Assembly: GCA_951406725.2 (NCBI GenBank)
Contig: OX597832.1
Coordinates: forward strand, 3,162,001-3,226,000
Source of the DNA: Octopus vulgaris
Lineage: Eukaryota
Length of the DNA: 64,000 bases
Reading direction: 5' to 3'
Of this stretch, positions 1 through 12,686 are shown in pieces. The position numbers were made by a program, and so were the translations under genes. A model generated the notes under the pieces. That model made no database searches. It was not told the origin of the DNA and saw only the letters and a program-made list of their open reading frames with translations. The stretch's first letter is position 1. Each line of letters opens with the position of its first letter.

Positions 1-112
1 ACTAAGCCCTAATTATATAAAATTTTATATATACATACACATACATACACACATACATATACACATACATATGCATACACACATATATACATATATACAT
101 ATATACACACAC

Positions 113-144
<32 letters not shown>

Positions 145-336
145 TTTTTTACATACATACACACACACACACACATAATACATGCGTATATTCCTACTGT
201 ACCCATACATTTCTATACATATATACGATACACATATACAAGCGTGCACATACAATATGTGAAAGGTCTTAGGAGAAAAGGTAGTCGGGGGTGCTAGGGG
301 AACGGTGGGATTGGGGGGTTTGTGGGTGGGGTGTCA

Positions 337-1720
337 TCAATCTGGTTGCCGGGTAGGTCTATAGTTCTTGTAGTTTGCATAATTCTTATGCATGCAATTT
401 GGGGAGTGTTCTGAAATCTTGTTAAGGAGAGGGCCTTTGGCGAACAAGATCTCTAGGCTCTCCGAAATGCAAAGGTTACAGCAGGTATGGCCTCCTGTGT
501 ACGAACGCGCCTTCTGTAGTAGTTTCCACTTGGTCTTGAAGGGGATGGAGTTCCTTTTAAGGTACCAGATGTGGGCGGCGAGGGTAGTTTGGTTGGATTT
601 ATCCGGTCGCCGGAACGAGTGTGAGTGTGCGTACCAACGGGTCTTAAAGCTGTTTGACGTCATTCCGATGTAGGATTTTCTTTTATCGTCAGGGCCTGAT
701 CTTACCTCGCATGTATATACTAGGTCCCTCTGTAGGCAGTTGTTGTTGAGGGGGCAGGTGGTTTTATCAGGGCAGTTGCAATTGCTATCGGACGTTGGAT
801 GGGCCTCGGAAAAAGTAGATATGTTAAGTTTTTTCACATTGTTGTTGGCTAGGTTCCTGGCTAGATTGGGCGTGGTAGAGTAGGAGAGTCTAATAGTGTT
901 CTTATTTAGGATAGTGTAGTACTTATGTTGGGTGGGGAAGTGTTTCTGTAGGAGAGTGAAGAAGATTTTAGCTACAGGTGTAGCGACCTCACGGTTGAAG
1001 GGGGGTTGTACCAGCTAATGTGTCTTCGTCTATTTTTCCTGGGTTGGCGTGGGGCTATACTAGTATAGGTAATCTTATCTTTAAAGCCACTGCGGGCCAG
1101 GGCCTCGTTGTAATAGGGGGCTGCAGCCTTAAAGATATCTTCCGTGGCGGACAGGCTAGAAATTCTTATTGAGACACTTTTTACTAGGTTATCTAATATA
1201 TTTTTGGGGTGGTTGGAATTAATATCTATATATCTAAGGGATTCATTTGGTTTGTGGTACGGGTAATAAAGTGAGGTTTTTAAGTCGAGGGTGACGTCAA
1301 GGAAGTTAGCTTTGGTTAAGTTGGATTCTAAGGTAATCCTAAGGCCTAAGTTTTTAAAGAAGGTGTAAAGATTTTTCCGGAACCCATCCGTGGTCCTGGG
1401 GTTTATATTGTGGAGGGCGAAAAGGCCGTCATCGCGGTAAAGACCACCGGAGAGGCCTGTGAATAGGGTTTTCAGCCTATGGAGGATGAAAAGGCCCACT
1501 AGGTCACTTATTTCAGCCGAGTCGCTAGCACCCATGCTGACGTCGAAGGGGGTCACAGATTTTTTGTTGATCCAGTGGGATCCGTCGTGGAAAAGAAAAG
1601 TCTTACGTGCGTGGAGGATCACATCTTGCTCGGCCTCGGTGATGGTGGAGGACCTCCTGGCGAAGTTAATCGCGTCGATCAGCAAGCTCTCCGATATGGA
1701 GGCGTAGTAATCCTCGATAT
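337..1720 (-). mobile_element. Penelope-like retroelement (PLE), 5'-truncated RT + GIY-YIG endonuclease ORF with one frameshift
   Basis: ORF 972-1685 has RT motifs (upstream [33 protein letters not shown]). ORF 337-837 has GIY-YIG (LVYTC..YIGMT..FKTRW..H) with CNC..CPL..C and CNLC..E motifs. The two frames join by one frameshift in the G-run near 1000-1005 (WYNPP|FNREV...). Confidence 0.93.
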
Positions 1721-1734
1721 TACTAGATTGTAGA

Positions 1735-2192
1735 TGGGTATATATGTGTGTGTGTATGTGTGCACATGTATATGTGTATATATATGTGTGTGTATATATA
1801 TATATATATATATGTGTATATATATATATACATATATATGTATATGTGGGTATGTAGAGTTATACGTATGTGCATGTGTATATGTATATGTATATGTGTA
1901 TGTATATGTATGTGTATGTGTATGTATGTACATATATGTGTGTGTGTGTGTATGTGTGTATATGTATGTATATATGTATATATATATGTGTGTATGTGTA
2001 GGTGTGGGTATATATATATGTGTGTGTGTGTATGTATATATATATGTATGTGTGTGTATGTATATATGTGTGTGTATGTATATATGTGTGTGTATATATA
2101 TGTATATATATATATATATATAGATATATATATATATGTGAATATGTGTGTGTATGTGTACATGTGTGTATGTGTGTATGTATATGTATATA

Positions 2193-2245
<53 letters not shown>

Positions 2246-2338
2246 ATGTATGTGCATGTATATGTGTATGTGCGTGTATGTGTATATGTGTATGTATGTG
2301 TGTGTGTATATATGTATATGTATGTATGTATGTGTGTA

Positions 2339-2387
<49 letters not shown>

Positions 2388-2570
2388 ATGTATATGTGTA
2401 TGTGTATGTATTTGTATGTGTATGCATGCGCGTATATATATGTATGTATATGTATACGTGTGGGTGTGTGTATGTGTGTATATATGTATGTATGTATGAG
2501 TCTATGTATGTATGTATGTATGCGGATGTGTGTATATATATATGTATATGTATATATATGTATATATGTG

Positions 2571-2621
<51 letters not shown>

Positions 2622-3096
2622 ATATGTGTATGTATATATATGTATGTGTGTATATATATTTGGTATATATGTATAGACTAGTCTTCTAAGATTGTAGACA
2701 TGAATCTGTAGGTACGCGTATGTATGTGTATATACGTGTATGTATGTAGATGTATGTATGTATGAATATAACGCGTGCGTGCGTGTATGTGTATGAGTGT
2801 ACGAATGAGAGTGTGTGTGCGTGCTAATGAGTGTGCGTGCGTGAGTGAGTGCTTGTGCTCAAGTAGAAAGATAAAAGGGACTAGCCAAGATGTTTGTGAC
2901 CAGCGGTCAAAGATAACAAAAGTAATAAATGAAGATAATAAAATAAAAATTAGGGAATGGGTTTGTAATTGTATGTATATATGTGTGTATGTGTAGGTAT
3001 GAATAGGTACACATATGTATGTATGTATGTGTATATATGTGTATGTGTGTGTGTGTGTATACATACATATATGTGTATGAATGGGTACACATATGT

Positions 3097-3136
<40 letters not shown>

Positions 3137-3401
3137 ATACATACATATATGTGTATATGTATATATGAGTATATAGGGACTTGTGTGTTGTGTGTGCATG
3201 TGTTTATGTGGATATGTGTGTGTATGTGAGTATGTGTATGTGTGTGTATGTATATATTTTTTTTGTGTGTATGTGTATGTGTGGTCGTGTGTGTGTATAT
3301 ATACATGTGTGTGTGTATATGTATATGCATGTATATGTGTATGTATGTATATGTATATATATATATATATGGATATATATATGTAGATATATGTATGTAT
3401 A

Positions 3402-3450
<49 letters not shown>

Positions 3451-3490
3451 GTGTGTGTGTATGTATGTGTGTATGTATATGTGTGTGTGT
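1735..3490. repeat. Compound (TA)n/(TG)n/(TATG)n microsatellite tract, possibly part of an inverted Penelope pLTR
   Basis: Seen directly. All ORFs here are low-complexity Y/I/V/C/M/H/T artefacts. Confidence 0.95.
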
Positions 3491-3722
3491 TGAGAATTTC
3501 CTTATTTACCTAAAACTCTATTCTTCTATATAATTTTATATTTTTTAATTTTTTTATTCTTTTTTTATTCTTTTATTTATTCTTCTATCTAATTTACCAC
3601 TGACTCCTTGACCACTCCCCCAAGTATGATTTTTTGCGCTATGCCTACCCCCAAAAAGTCCCCCACCACCACCCCTATAAACCTGCCTAAATGTATAAAT
3701 GCCAATACAATTCTTGTTAACT

Positions 3723-3773
3723 AGCTTCCTGAAGATTTCTCTTGAATGAAACAGTTCTAGTCCTGTAGAAGCT
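3723..3773 (+). ncRNA. Type I minimal hammerhead ribozyme motif
   Basis: AGCTTC-CTGAAGA-t(TTC tctt GAA)t-GAAA-CAG ttctagtc CTG-TA-GAAGCT. Stem I is 6 bp, the CUGANGA/GAAA core is intact, stem III is ACAG/CTGT and the cleavage triplet is GUA. Confidence 0.8.
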
Positions 3774-3784
3774 CCTTCTATATA

Positions 3785-3839
<55 letters not shown>

Positions 3840-3862
3840 ATATATGTATATATATATATATG

Positions 3863-4167
3863 TAATCACATGACCGACCAAGCTATCAGATGTTGCTACA
3901 CATCGCTGGTCACAATGCGCTTCGCATTGTTTTAGCCTTCAAATGACGCCACCCCGCTGGCTAAGCAAGCAGGCCAACAGAAGAAAGAATGAGAGAAAGT
4001 TGTGGTGAAAGAGTACAGCAGGGATTACCACCCCACTGCCAGAGCCTCATGGAGCTTTTTAGGTGTTTTCGCTCAATAAACACCCACAACGCCCAGTTGG
4101 GAATCGAAACCGCAATCCTATGACTGCAAGTCCACTTCCCTAACCACTGGGCCAGTGCGCATCCACC
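3863..4167 (-). mobile_element. tRNA-derived SINE
   Basis: The minus strand starts with A box TGGCCCAGTGG and B box GGTTTCGATTCCC. It is the same family as 21822-22185. Confidence 0.8.
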
Positions 4168-4210
4168 TTATATATATGTATATGTATATATGTATATGTA
4201 TATATATATA

Positions 4211-4252
<42 letters not shown>

Positions 4253-4295
4253 CATAAATATGTATATACATATACATATATATAGATATACATAC

Positions 4296-7200
4296 ACTTA
4301 TGGGAGCATCCTGAACACCACCATGTAACTGAAGGTCGACTAACTGATTATAATAAATAAGAACTGAGTGAACTGTCAGTGGGAGTAGTTGATGGTGTTA
4401 GTTTGACTGTGTTCATTTACCGTGTTAGTTCAACATGTGTTGGTTTAACAGTTAGTAGTTGAATACTGAGTATTGTACCTATATTCAAGTAGTACAGCGT
4501 GCGTTCAACATATATTTCTGTGATAGGTTATTTTTAGATAACCACAATCAACTATATATTTGTATAATACCATTTTACACCAGACCCATGTCATAACATT
4601 TTTGGTGACAAGATTATTCAAAGCTCCTGCTGGACAGATTTTTGCTTGAACATGGAAGGTTTACTATCTTCAGTAATTCAATTACAGCAACAACGACATC
4701 ATCAGCAACAGTTGTTGGAATTATAAAAACAGCAACAACAGCAGTTGTTGGAATTTCAGAAGCAACAGCAACTTTTAGTACAACTGATACAGAAGAAAAC
4801 AGAAAATACTTTTAGTATGTTCACTTCTGACACTTGTAAACTCAATCAGAGAGTTTGCATATAACCCAGAGGAGCACACTACCTTCTCTGCTTACTTTTG
4901 AAGGTATGAAGAAATTTTAGAGAAGAATGTGACTGGTAAGATGAGAAAAAATTCAATTCCTGTTGAGAAAGTTGGCACCAGCTGAGCATGAGAAATATTG
5001 CAATTACATATTACCAAAGATATCAGGTGAAGTCTGTTTTGAAAAAACAGTGAATATTCTATCAAAGAGCTTTTGTGAAAAAATCTCTTTATTTAATATG
5101 CACTGGCAATACATAAATATTACAAAAAAGAAGAACAAATATTTTATTACATACACTGGTATTGTTAATGGGGAATGCAAGGGATTTAAAATTAATGAAC
5201 TAACACTAGATATGTTTAAATGCTTAATTTTCATGCAAGGTTTAATTAACAGCAAAGCTATTACCTAGCTCAGAGGAAATCTCTCAAAATTAAATGGTGA
5301 AAATTTGTTCTCAAAATGAGATCTTTCTGATGTTTACTTACAAATACAAGTGGAAGATGAATGTATTAAGTTGCTAACAATACCCATAAAGGTCTTTACA
5401 AATTTAACTGGCCCCCATTTGGCATAAAATTTGCTCTGGTTATATTCCATATGTGATGCATGCAGGGTGTGACTTCACAATGGTCTGGATAATGTATTAA
5501 TTAAAAGTGAATCCCATGCTCAGCATGTTGAGCATGAAAAATGTGTTTCTGAAAAAATAAGAGATTAAGGTTTCAAACTATGAGGAGAAATGTGAATTTT
5601 TCTTGCCTAAAATTAAGTACTAGGGACAAATTATGGATCTTTTCTTTTTGAATGGCAGATGTCAACACAATTTCTAGTTTGCTAAACACTTTTAAACTTC
5701 GTATACTGGTAGAATGTGTTTATAAAAGATCATTTTTTTCTTGGCTTTATTGAGAAAATTCTATATGTTATAACATATTTCCACTTTAAAATCGAGCATT
5801 TTGGCAATTTTAACCAATCGCTCACCTCCATTTGGGGTGAAAAGATTCCGTGCTGTATGAATATGCCCCTCGTTTAAGAAACAGATTGGGTTTATTTACA
5901 TTTGCGAAGAAAAAAAGATACCCTTCCCCCACCCCTAACCCTAATCCTAAAATAGATTGAAATGCAATAGATCGATACCAGGGCCATAATTATGGGTGAC
6001 ATTTTCATTTAACACCGCTAGAAAAAAATCCCATTTTCCGTAGCGGTGTCGTATGAAATTGTCACCCATAATTATGGCCCTGGTATCGATCTATTGCATT
6101 TCAATCTATTTTAGGATTAGGGTTAGGGTTAGGGTTAGGGGTGGGGTTAGGATTAGGGTTAGGGTTAGGGTTGGGGAAGGGTATCTTTTTTTCTTCGCAA
6201 ATGTAAATAAACCCAATCTGTTTCTTAAATGAAGGGCATATTCATACAGCACGGTATGTTTTGACTACAAATGGACGTATTTGATTGGTTAAAATTGCCA
6301 AAATTCTCGATTTTATAGTGGAAATATGTTACAAACTATAGAATTTTCTCAATAAAACCAAAAAAAAAAAAAATGATGTTTTATAAACACATTCTACCAG
6401 TATACGAAGTTTAAAAGTGTTTAGTTAACTAGAAATTGTGTCGACATCTGCCGTTCAAAAGGAAAAGATCCCAAATTATTGATAAGAATGGTTGTCAATC
6501 AGTTTTGTCAAGGGCAGATGTGATAAAAAATATGCCCCCTCTGACAAATATATCTACCATATAAGCTTTTTTGGAACTTGCAAACTATTATCAGATTTAT
6601 ATACCAAATATGCACAAAGTAAAGAGCTCTATTAAATAATTTACTAAAAAAAGATATAAAGTGGAATTGATCCGAAAATTGTCAGAAGGTGTTTGACAAA
6701 ATTAAAAAAAGATATTAACATCAGATTTGTATTAGCTTCAGATGCCAGTGAGCAGTAATTCTACATAAATACGAGGATGGTAATATGAAGGATGTGGCCC
6801 ATGCTTTGCATTCTTTTCTACCAAGAGAGAAAAATTACAGCCAAATTGAAAACGAGGCTCAAGTGGTTATTTTCACTGTAAAAAAATTTCATAGATCCTT
6901 ACACAGTAGATGTTTTCCACAATAGAATGACCATCATCTGTTGTTATCTATATATGGGTCAAATAAAGGAATCCTTACCCATACTACTAGTAGGTTGCAA
7001 TGCTGGGGTACTTTATTACCAAATTACGATTTTAAGATGTAGATTATACCACCTAAGAAATTAGGATACACTGCTTGTTTATCAAGATTGATAGAAAAAA
7101 TACTGAACCATTTGTGGATATTGGTATTGCAGCATTGTGAGCAGAAAAAGATCTTTATGTAAAGTTGTATGAGAATTACCAGTTACATTAGAAGAAATCA

Positions 7201-8561
7201 AACTAAAAGCAGAAAATGATGAATTTATTATAAAAATGAAAGGAATTCTGAATCTGAAAAAAGAAATAAAAATATGGTCACCTGAGGATTTCAAGAATGA
7301 AATCGTTGATGAGAAGCTATGTTTATTGGCCAAGAATGGACTGAGAGATTGAAAAACTAGTGAAAGCATACAAAATGGCAACCTTGGCCAAAAACAGATA
7401 TCCCATGGTCCAGACTGTATGTTGATTTTGCAGGTCCACTTAACAGTTCACATTACCTTGTTGTGGTTGACAGTTTTTCTAAGTAGCCTGAAGTACATAA
7501 ATGTAAAAATCCAAAATCAACAGTTACAGTAAGTTTTTTTTACATGAATTGTTTGTCAGATATGGTATTCCTGATACCATTGTGTTTGACAATGGAACTC
7601 AGTTTACTGCAGATGGGTTCAAAAAATTCTGTAAAATATTCTCTATCAAACATGTGACCACTCTGCCATATCATCCTAGGTGAAATGGACAAGCAGAGCA
7701 TTTTGTCAATATATTTAAGAGGGTGTTAAAGAATGCGAACAACAAAATAATGGATGACCTAGCACTTTTTTTTGAGAGCATATTGAATGATGCAAATCCC
7801 AATACCCTGTCTGGAATGTTATCTGCAGAATTAATGTTTGCTCAGAAGATAAGATCAGTGTTCAACAAGTTGTTACCAGGTAAAAAAGAAAACTATCAGA
7901 TAATTATCATACAAAATTTTTCAAAATTGGTGACAAAGTTTTCTTTAAAATGTATAAAAATGGTAAAGAACTGTGGGAAGACAGTTATTACTAAACAGAT
8001 TGGGAAAGTGTTATTTTTGGTAAAAGGTTACAACTATGAACATAAGAGACATAAATCAACTTTAAAAAAAATGGTTTACTGAGGAAATGGTCACAAGGAA
8101 TGAAATTCCAATGGAAGTCTTTTATGATATGTTTGATGTACTAACACCTAAACAAACTGTGGAAACTACACATTCAAGTATGAGAAAAAGAAAACGAACT
8201 GAAGTACTTGAAATATACCCTAAATGTAAAAGATATTAAGCTCCAGGTAGAGCCAAATTCTCAAGAAAGGGAGATGTTATGGGAGAAACCTGAACACCCT
8301 TGTGACTGAAGGTTAACTAATTGATTACAATAAATAAGAACTGAGTGAACTATCAGCAGGAATAATTGACAGTGTTAGTTCAACCATGTTAGTTTGACAT
8401 GTGTTGGTTTCACTGTCAGTAGTTGAACAGTGAATACTGAGTATTGTACCTCCCTTCAAGCAGTATGGAATGTGTCCTATGTTAACTTATATTTCTGTGA
8501 CAGGTTATTTTTAGATAACCACAACCAACTATTTATTTGTGTAATACCATTTTACACCAGA
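4296..8561 (+). mobile_element. Degraded Ty3/Gypsy LTR retrotransposon (gag, RT, RNase H, integrase relics)
   Basis: Direct LTRs at ~4296-4598 (ends ..CATAACA, then TGGTGAC PBS) and 8275-~8561 (preceded by PPT AAGAAAGGGAGA). Gag fragment 4963-5268, ASDAS RNase H relic ~6735, integrase PWSRLYVDFAGP / DNGTQF. Many stops. Confidence 0.9.
5635..6471. mobile_element. 837-bp foldback (palindromic) non-autonomous DNA element with internal TTAGGG tracts
   Basis: Termini GGATCTTTTC...GAAAAGATCC, with ~400-bp inverted arms. 8-bp TSD CAAATTAT (5627-5634 and 6472-6479). Removing it restores the Gypsy RT reading GQIIDKNG. Confidence 0.9.
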
Positions 8562-9699
8562 TTTGTATACCCACATCATAGCGCACACACACACATACAC
8601 AGACTTGGAGTCAGTGTGAAAGAATGCATCAATATACCAAATTTGAAAATTTTCACTTGATCTTAAAATTTCAAAATCTCTGACAGTAATGGCGATCTCC
8701 CTCTCTTTATTGTTTATTTCTTTCATTTTCTCACGGTAAACTTTCTCACCCTCAGTAAAAGTATGCTATGTGTGGGGGGTGTATGCATACATGTATGTAA
8801 GGATATTTCATTAGGGTAACAGTGAATTAAAAATATGTTAAAGGTGATTTATTTTAATAGCATACTTTTCTGTTAGTAGATATGTTTTTTCTTACACATG
8901 CACATGCACAGATTCACTAGATTTGGGGGGGGGGGGAGTTAAAAATTTAAATTACAAAATTTTCTTGTAGTTGCTTAAATCCCAGCAATGGCCCACCACA
9001 TCATCATTCCAGAAAATGTTTTTATAGGCAGAAAAATCTTGAAAAACATCAATACATGCCAGAGTGACAAAGAAACGAGAAAGATACTAGCTAGTCGTGG
9101 GATGTTTTAGAGACAGCAGCTAAATATCTCTTAAATCACAGGCATTTTCCTCTGAAAGTTATTTTGAAATCATTAACAAGTTGCAGATTCAGACTGTCCA
9201 TATTGTGAAACTATGGTTTAAAATAATTTTAAAAAGAGCTGAAATTTTAGGATTTTGGGGGGTTAATGAAAATATTAATGAACATTTCAGTATTCTCTTT
9301 AAATTACATTTCATTTTCTGTTTGACAATAAAGGAAGTGGGGATTATAATGGTGATCTCTGATTTTCAAAATCTTTCTGATGGTAGTAACCAGAATATAG
9401 TGGAGTAACAATAAATAGTAACAATGTTAATATAATTAACAAAGTTAATTATATTGGTGGGAGAAATGGCTGTTGCAGAAACACTAATGAAAGGGAAGCA
9501 ACCATAACTAACTCAAACATGAGACTAGGAAGGGAAGACAAGAAAGCTAGAAAGTACAGTATTCATAATGTCATCAACAGGAAAAGAAGAAATAACCTAG
9601 AAAATAGACAAAATAAGTTAGATTACCCCTAATGAAATCAACATAGAAACTAATAATAAAATTAGAACTAATGTTGCTCAAGGATTGTGCAATATTGTG

Positions 9700-10620
9700 A
9701 TTACACAAGGAATAGATGATGTCCTTTAAATTTTGAATATATGACCAAAAATGTGGTTTACATGTGCAAAGTTACCTCAGGAGACAAAAATTATTTCTGT
9801 GTAGGTGCTAGTTCATGTTTTATTAAACAAAGAATAGCTAACTATTAAAATTATTTCAGTTATAGAGACAAAAAAATAATACTAGCCTTAGTAAGTTAAT
9901 TTGGTTATTGAAAGATAGTAACAAAATATATTCAATATGGTGGAATATTATTAGTAAGGCTAAACTTATAGTATAGGGAGTAAAAGATGTGACCTTTTGC
10001 ATAGAGAAAATGTACCAAATTTTAACTACTAAATTTAACCTAATAAACACAAGGCAAGATTGTACTTGAGGATGACTTCATACAAGAAAATTTACATTTA
10101 AAAATTTAAATAAACATATTACACTTATTTAACATTAAAAGTTATTAGAATAACAATTGAGAAACCAAGAACCAAAAAATAAATTAAGCACGATAGAATA
10201 CCTCTATTCTAAGAATATTCTCTTTGAAATGAATGGAATGGTAAACTTCTAATATTATTGATACATCTACATAAACATTCAATTGAACCTTGACCTATTT
10301 TTAGGACTATGCTTTGATTCACTTACCACATTAAGTCGAAGAGACCTCTTGGTCAAGATTCCTAACACTATTCATAATGGCACCCATACCCCCTACAAAA
10401 CACTTTATTCATTCTGTTTGTTGACTCCTTCAGTTTTCCTTCAAAATAGTGGAGGCTAAGGACCCTGATGAAACTGCACCAACCACGATATATATTTGCA
10501 TATCCAACAGTGTGTAGTGACTGCAGTTGAAACACATGTTGGTCCTGTAAAGGTGATATAAATAACTGTTAAATAACATTATGGATATTAAAATTAAAAA
10601 TCTCTGTTTTCCTTATCATT
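9700..10620 (+). mobile_element. Degraded Penelope-like element 3' end (GIY-YIG relic + pLTR)
   Basis: Broken translation NVVYMCKV..CVGASSCFIKQRIAN..NTSLSKLIW..WNIISKAK at ~9750-10000 parallels the GIY-YIG at 337-837. A hammerhead motif follows. Confidence 0.7.
10460..10545 (+). ncRNA. Type I hammerhead ribozyme motif with long loop II
   Basis: GGACC-CTGATGA-AACTGCA(43 nt)TGCAGTT-GAAA-C acat G-TT-GGTCC. Perfect 5-bp stem I and 7-bp stem II, minimal stem III with palindromic ACATGT, GUU triplet. Confidence 0.8.
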
Positions 10621-10647
10621 ACTAATACTATGTATGTATATATGTAT

Positions 10648-10830
10648 ATCATCATCATCATTTAATGTCCATTTTCCATGCTGGCATGGTTTGGATGGTT
10701 TGACTGAAAACTGGTAAGCTGAGGAGCTACACCAGGTTTCAATCTGATTTGGCATGGTTTCTACGTCTGGATTCCCTTCCTAACATCAACCACTCCAAGA
10801 GTGTAGTGGGCGCTTTTTATGTGCCAGTTA
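10648..10830 (-). mobile_element. RTE LINE 3' tail fragment ending in (GAT)n
   Basis: Matches the reverse complement of 38930-39107. Similar tails occur at 13375-13690, 39628-39910 and 59560-59780. Confidence 0.75.
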
Positions 10831-11209
10831 TGAAACATGAGCATTGGCCATAACTACAATCTCACTTGGCTTGACAGGTTTTCTCAGGACCCAAAGGCTT
10901 GAGAAGACCTGTCAAGCCAAGTGAGATCGTAGTCATGGCTGATACACACACATATATACATATATATGTATATGTATATACACACATAAAATGCACATAT
11001 GTACACATACCTCTTTTACTCTTTTACTTGTTTCTGTCATTTGACTGTGGCCATGCTGGAGAGTCGAAGAAATTGACCCCAGGACATGTTCTTTGTAAGC
11101 CTAGTACTTATTCTATCGGTCTCTTTTGCCGAACCATTAAGTTACAAGGATGTAAACACACCACCATCAGTTGTCAAGCGATGTTGGGGGACAAACACAG
11201 ACACACATA

Positions 11210-11305
11210 ATACATACATACATACATACATACATACATACATACATACCTACCTACCTACCTACCTACCTACCTACCTACCTACCTACCTACCTACCTA
11301 CCTAC

Positions 11306-11355
<50 letters not shown>

Positions 11356-11390
11356 CTATATCTATCTCTATATCTATCTCTATATATATA
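11210..11390 (+). repeat. (ATAC)n-(CTAC)n-(CTAT)n compound microsatellite
   Basis: Seen directly. Confidence 0.95.
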
Positions 11391-12530
11391 AAACTGAAAT
11401 GCGTTTTTACCGCTTGGATCGCTTTCAATGCCACTACATCCCGTCCGATTCGCTCCAAAATTTACAGGGACATGTAGAATGAGGTGACGATGCTCGTGGG
11501 CTACCTTAGAAATCCATAGCTTAAAAGGTGTGGTTGCTAGGGGCCATCTTCTTCACTCACCCTATTTCCTCCAGTACCCTCTCACTCCTCTTCATATGAC
11601 AAGTCCACTCCAGTTATTTAATGTAAAGTCTTCCTCAAATCACTCTCTCACTATTTCCTCTCTTACAAGAACATTTTCAGTCACTCTTATCTCTTAGCTT
11701 CCCATACATTTTACTCATGTATCTATCAGCGTTCATAGACAGAAACAAATATTGCATCGCCCTCACCATCGCATTCTATTGTCTACCTGTCAACACACAC
11801 ACACATATATACATATATCTAATATTATATTTTTATTTTTATGTTTTTGTTTTTGGTTTTTTACTGTTTCATTTCCCTATTAGTAGTTTTATCTCTAATT
11901 TAATTTCTACAGCGTGCACACACACATATATGTGGCCCCAGTACACCCGAATGAAATCGGGTTCTCTTCATCAAAATGTGAAAAGGGGTCTACAATTATC
12001 ATCGCCACAACTTATGTATGTCTTCCTCACTCAATCACTCTTTTTCCTAATGATAATTATCATCGCCACCCCCAACACCACCAACACACAATCATGACAA
12101 TCTTTCTCTTAAAACAAATCATGTTTACATTGCAAAATATTTCATTTTCCCGTCCTCTCTTTCATATATCACCTTTTCTTTCTCGAGCTCTCTCTTTTTT
12201 CGCCGTCTCTATTTATTCTACAACGAGTCAATCAATGACAGCCGCAAAAGTTTCAATATTCCTACTTCACCTCTTTCAGAAACGCAACAGATATTATTTT
12301 TTTTTGCCGGGGTTAAAGCCCACTACATCCCGTGGGATTCACTCCAAAATTTACACCTTCTCTTTCTACCTCTAACTCCCATTCAATTTCTCTTTATCTC
12401 CATTCTTAAAGATAATTATCATCGCCACTACCACCACCAACACACAATCTGGACAATCTTTCTCTTATAACAAATCATGTTTACATTGCAATGACGTCTG
12501 CCACCTCCGCCGTCTCTATTTATTCTGCAA

Positions 12531-12686
12531 ATGACCAGAACTCGGGAAACTTGGTTGAGTGTTCTATGGTCTATGACCAGAACTCGGGAAACTTGGTTGA
12601 GTGTTCTATGGTCTATGACCAGAACTCGGGAAACTTGGTTGAGTGTTCTATGGTCTATGACCAGAACTTGGGAAACTTGGTTGAGT
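12531..12686 (+). repeat. 42-bp minisatellite, ~3.7 copies
   Basis: Unit ATGACCAGAACTCGGGAAACTTGGTTGAGTGTTCTATGGTCT. It lies in a repeat-like region (11390-12830) that also has an internal duplication (~12050-12140 vs ~12410-12490). Confidence 0.92.

Noticed and set aside
9-3513. Long Y/I/V/C/M/H/T-rich ORFs (also 34381-34973 and 46312-46900)
   Set aside because: These are translations of dinucleotide microsatellites.
3863-4167. tRNA genes at A/B-box sites
   Set aside because: No complete cloverleaf. The boxes are heads of multi-copy SINEs.
6110-6175. Telomere or chromosome-fusion site
   Set aside because: The tract is short, degenerate and internal to a TSD-flanked foldback element.
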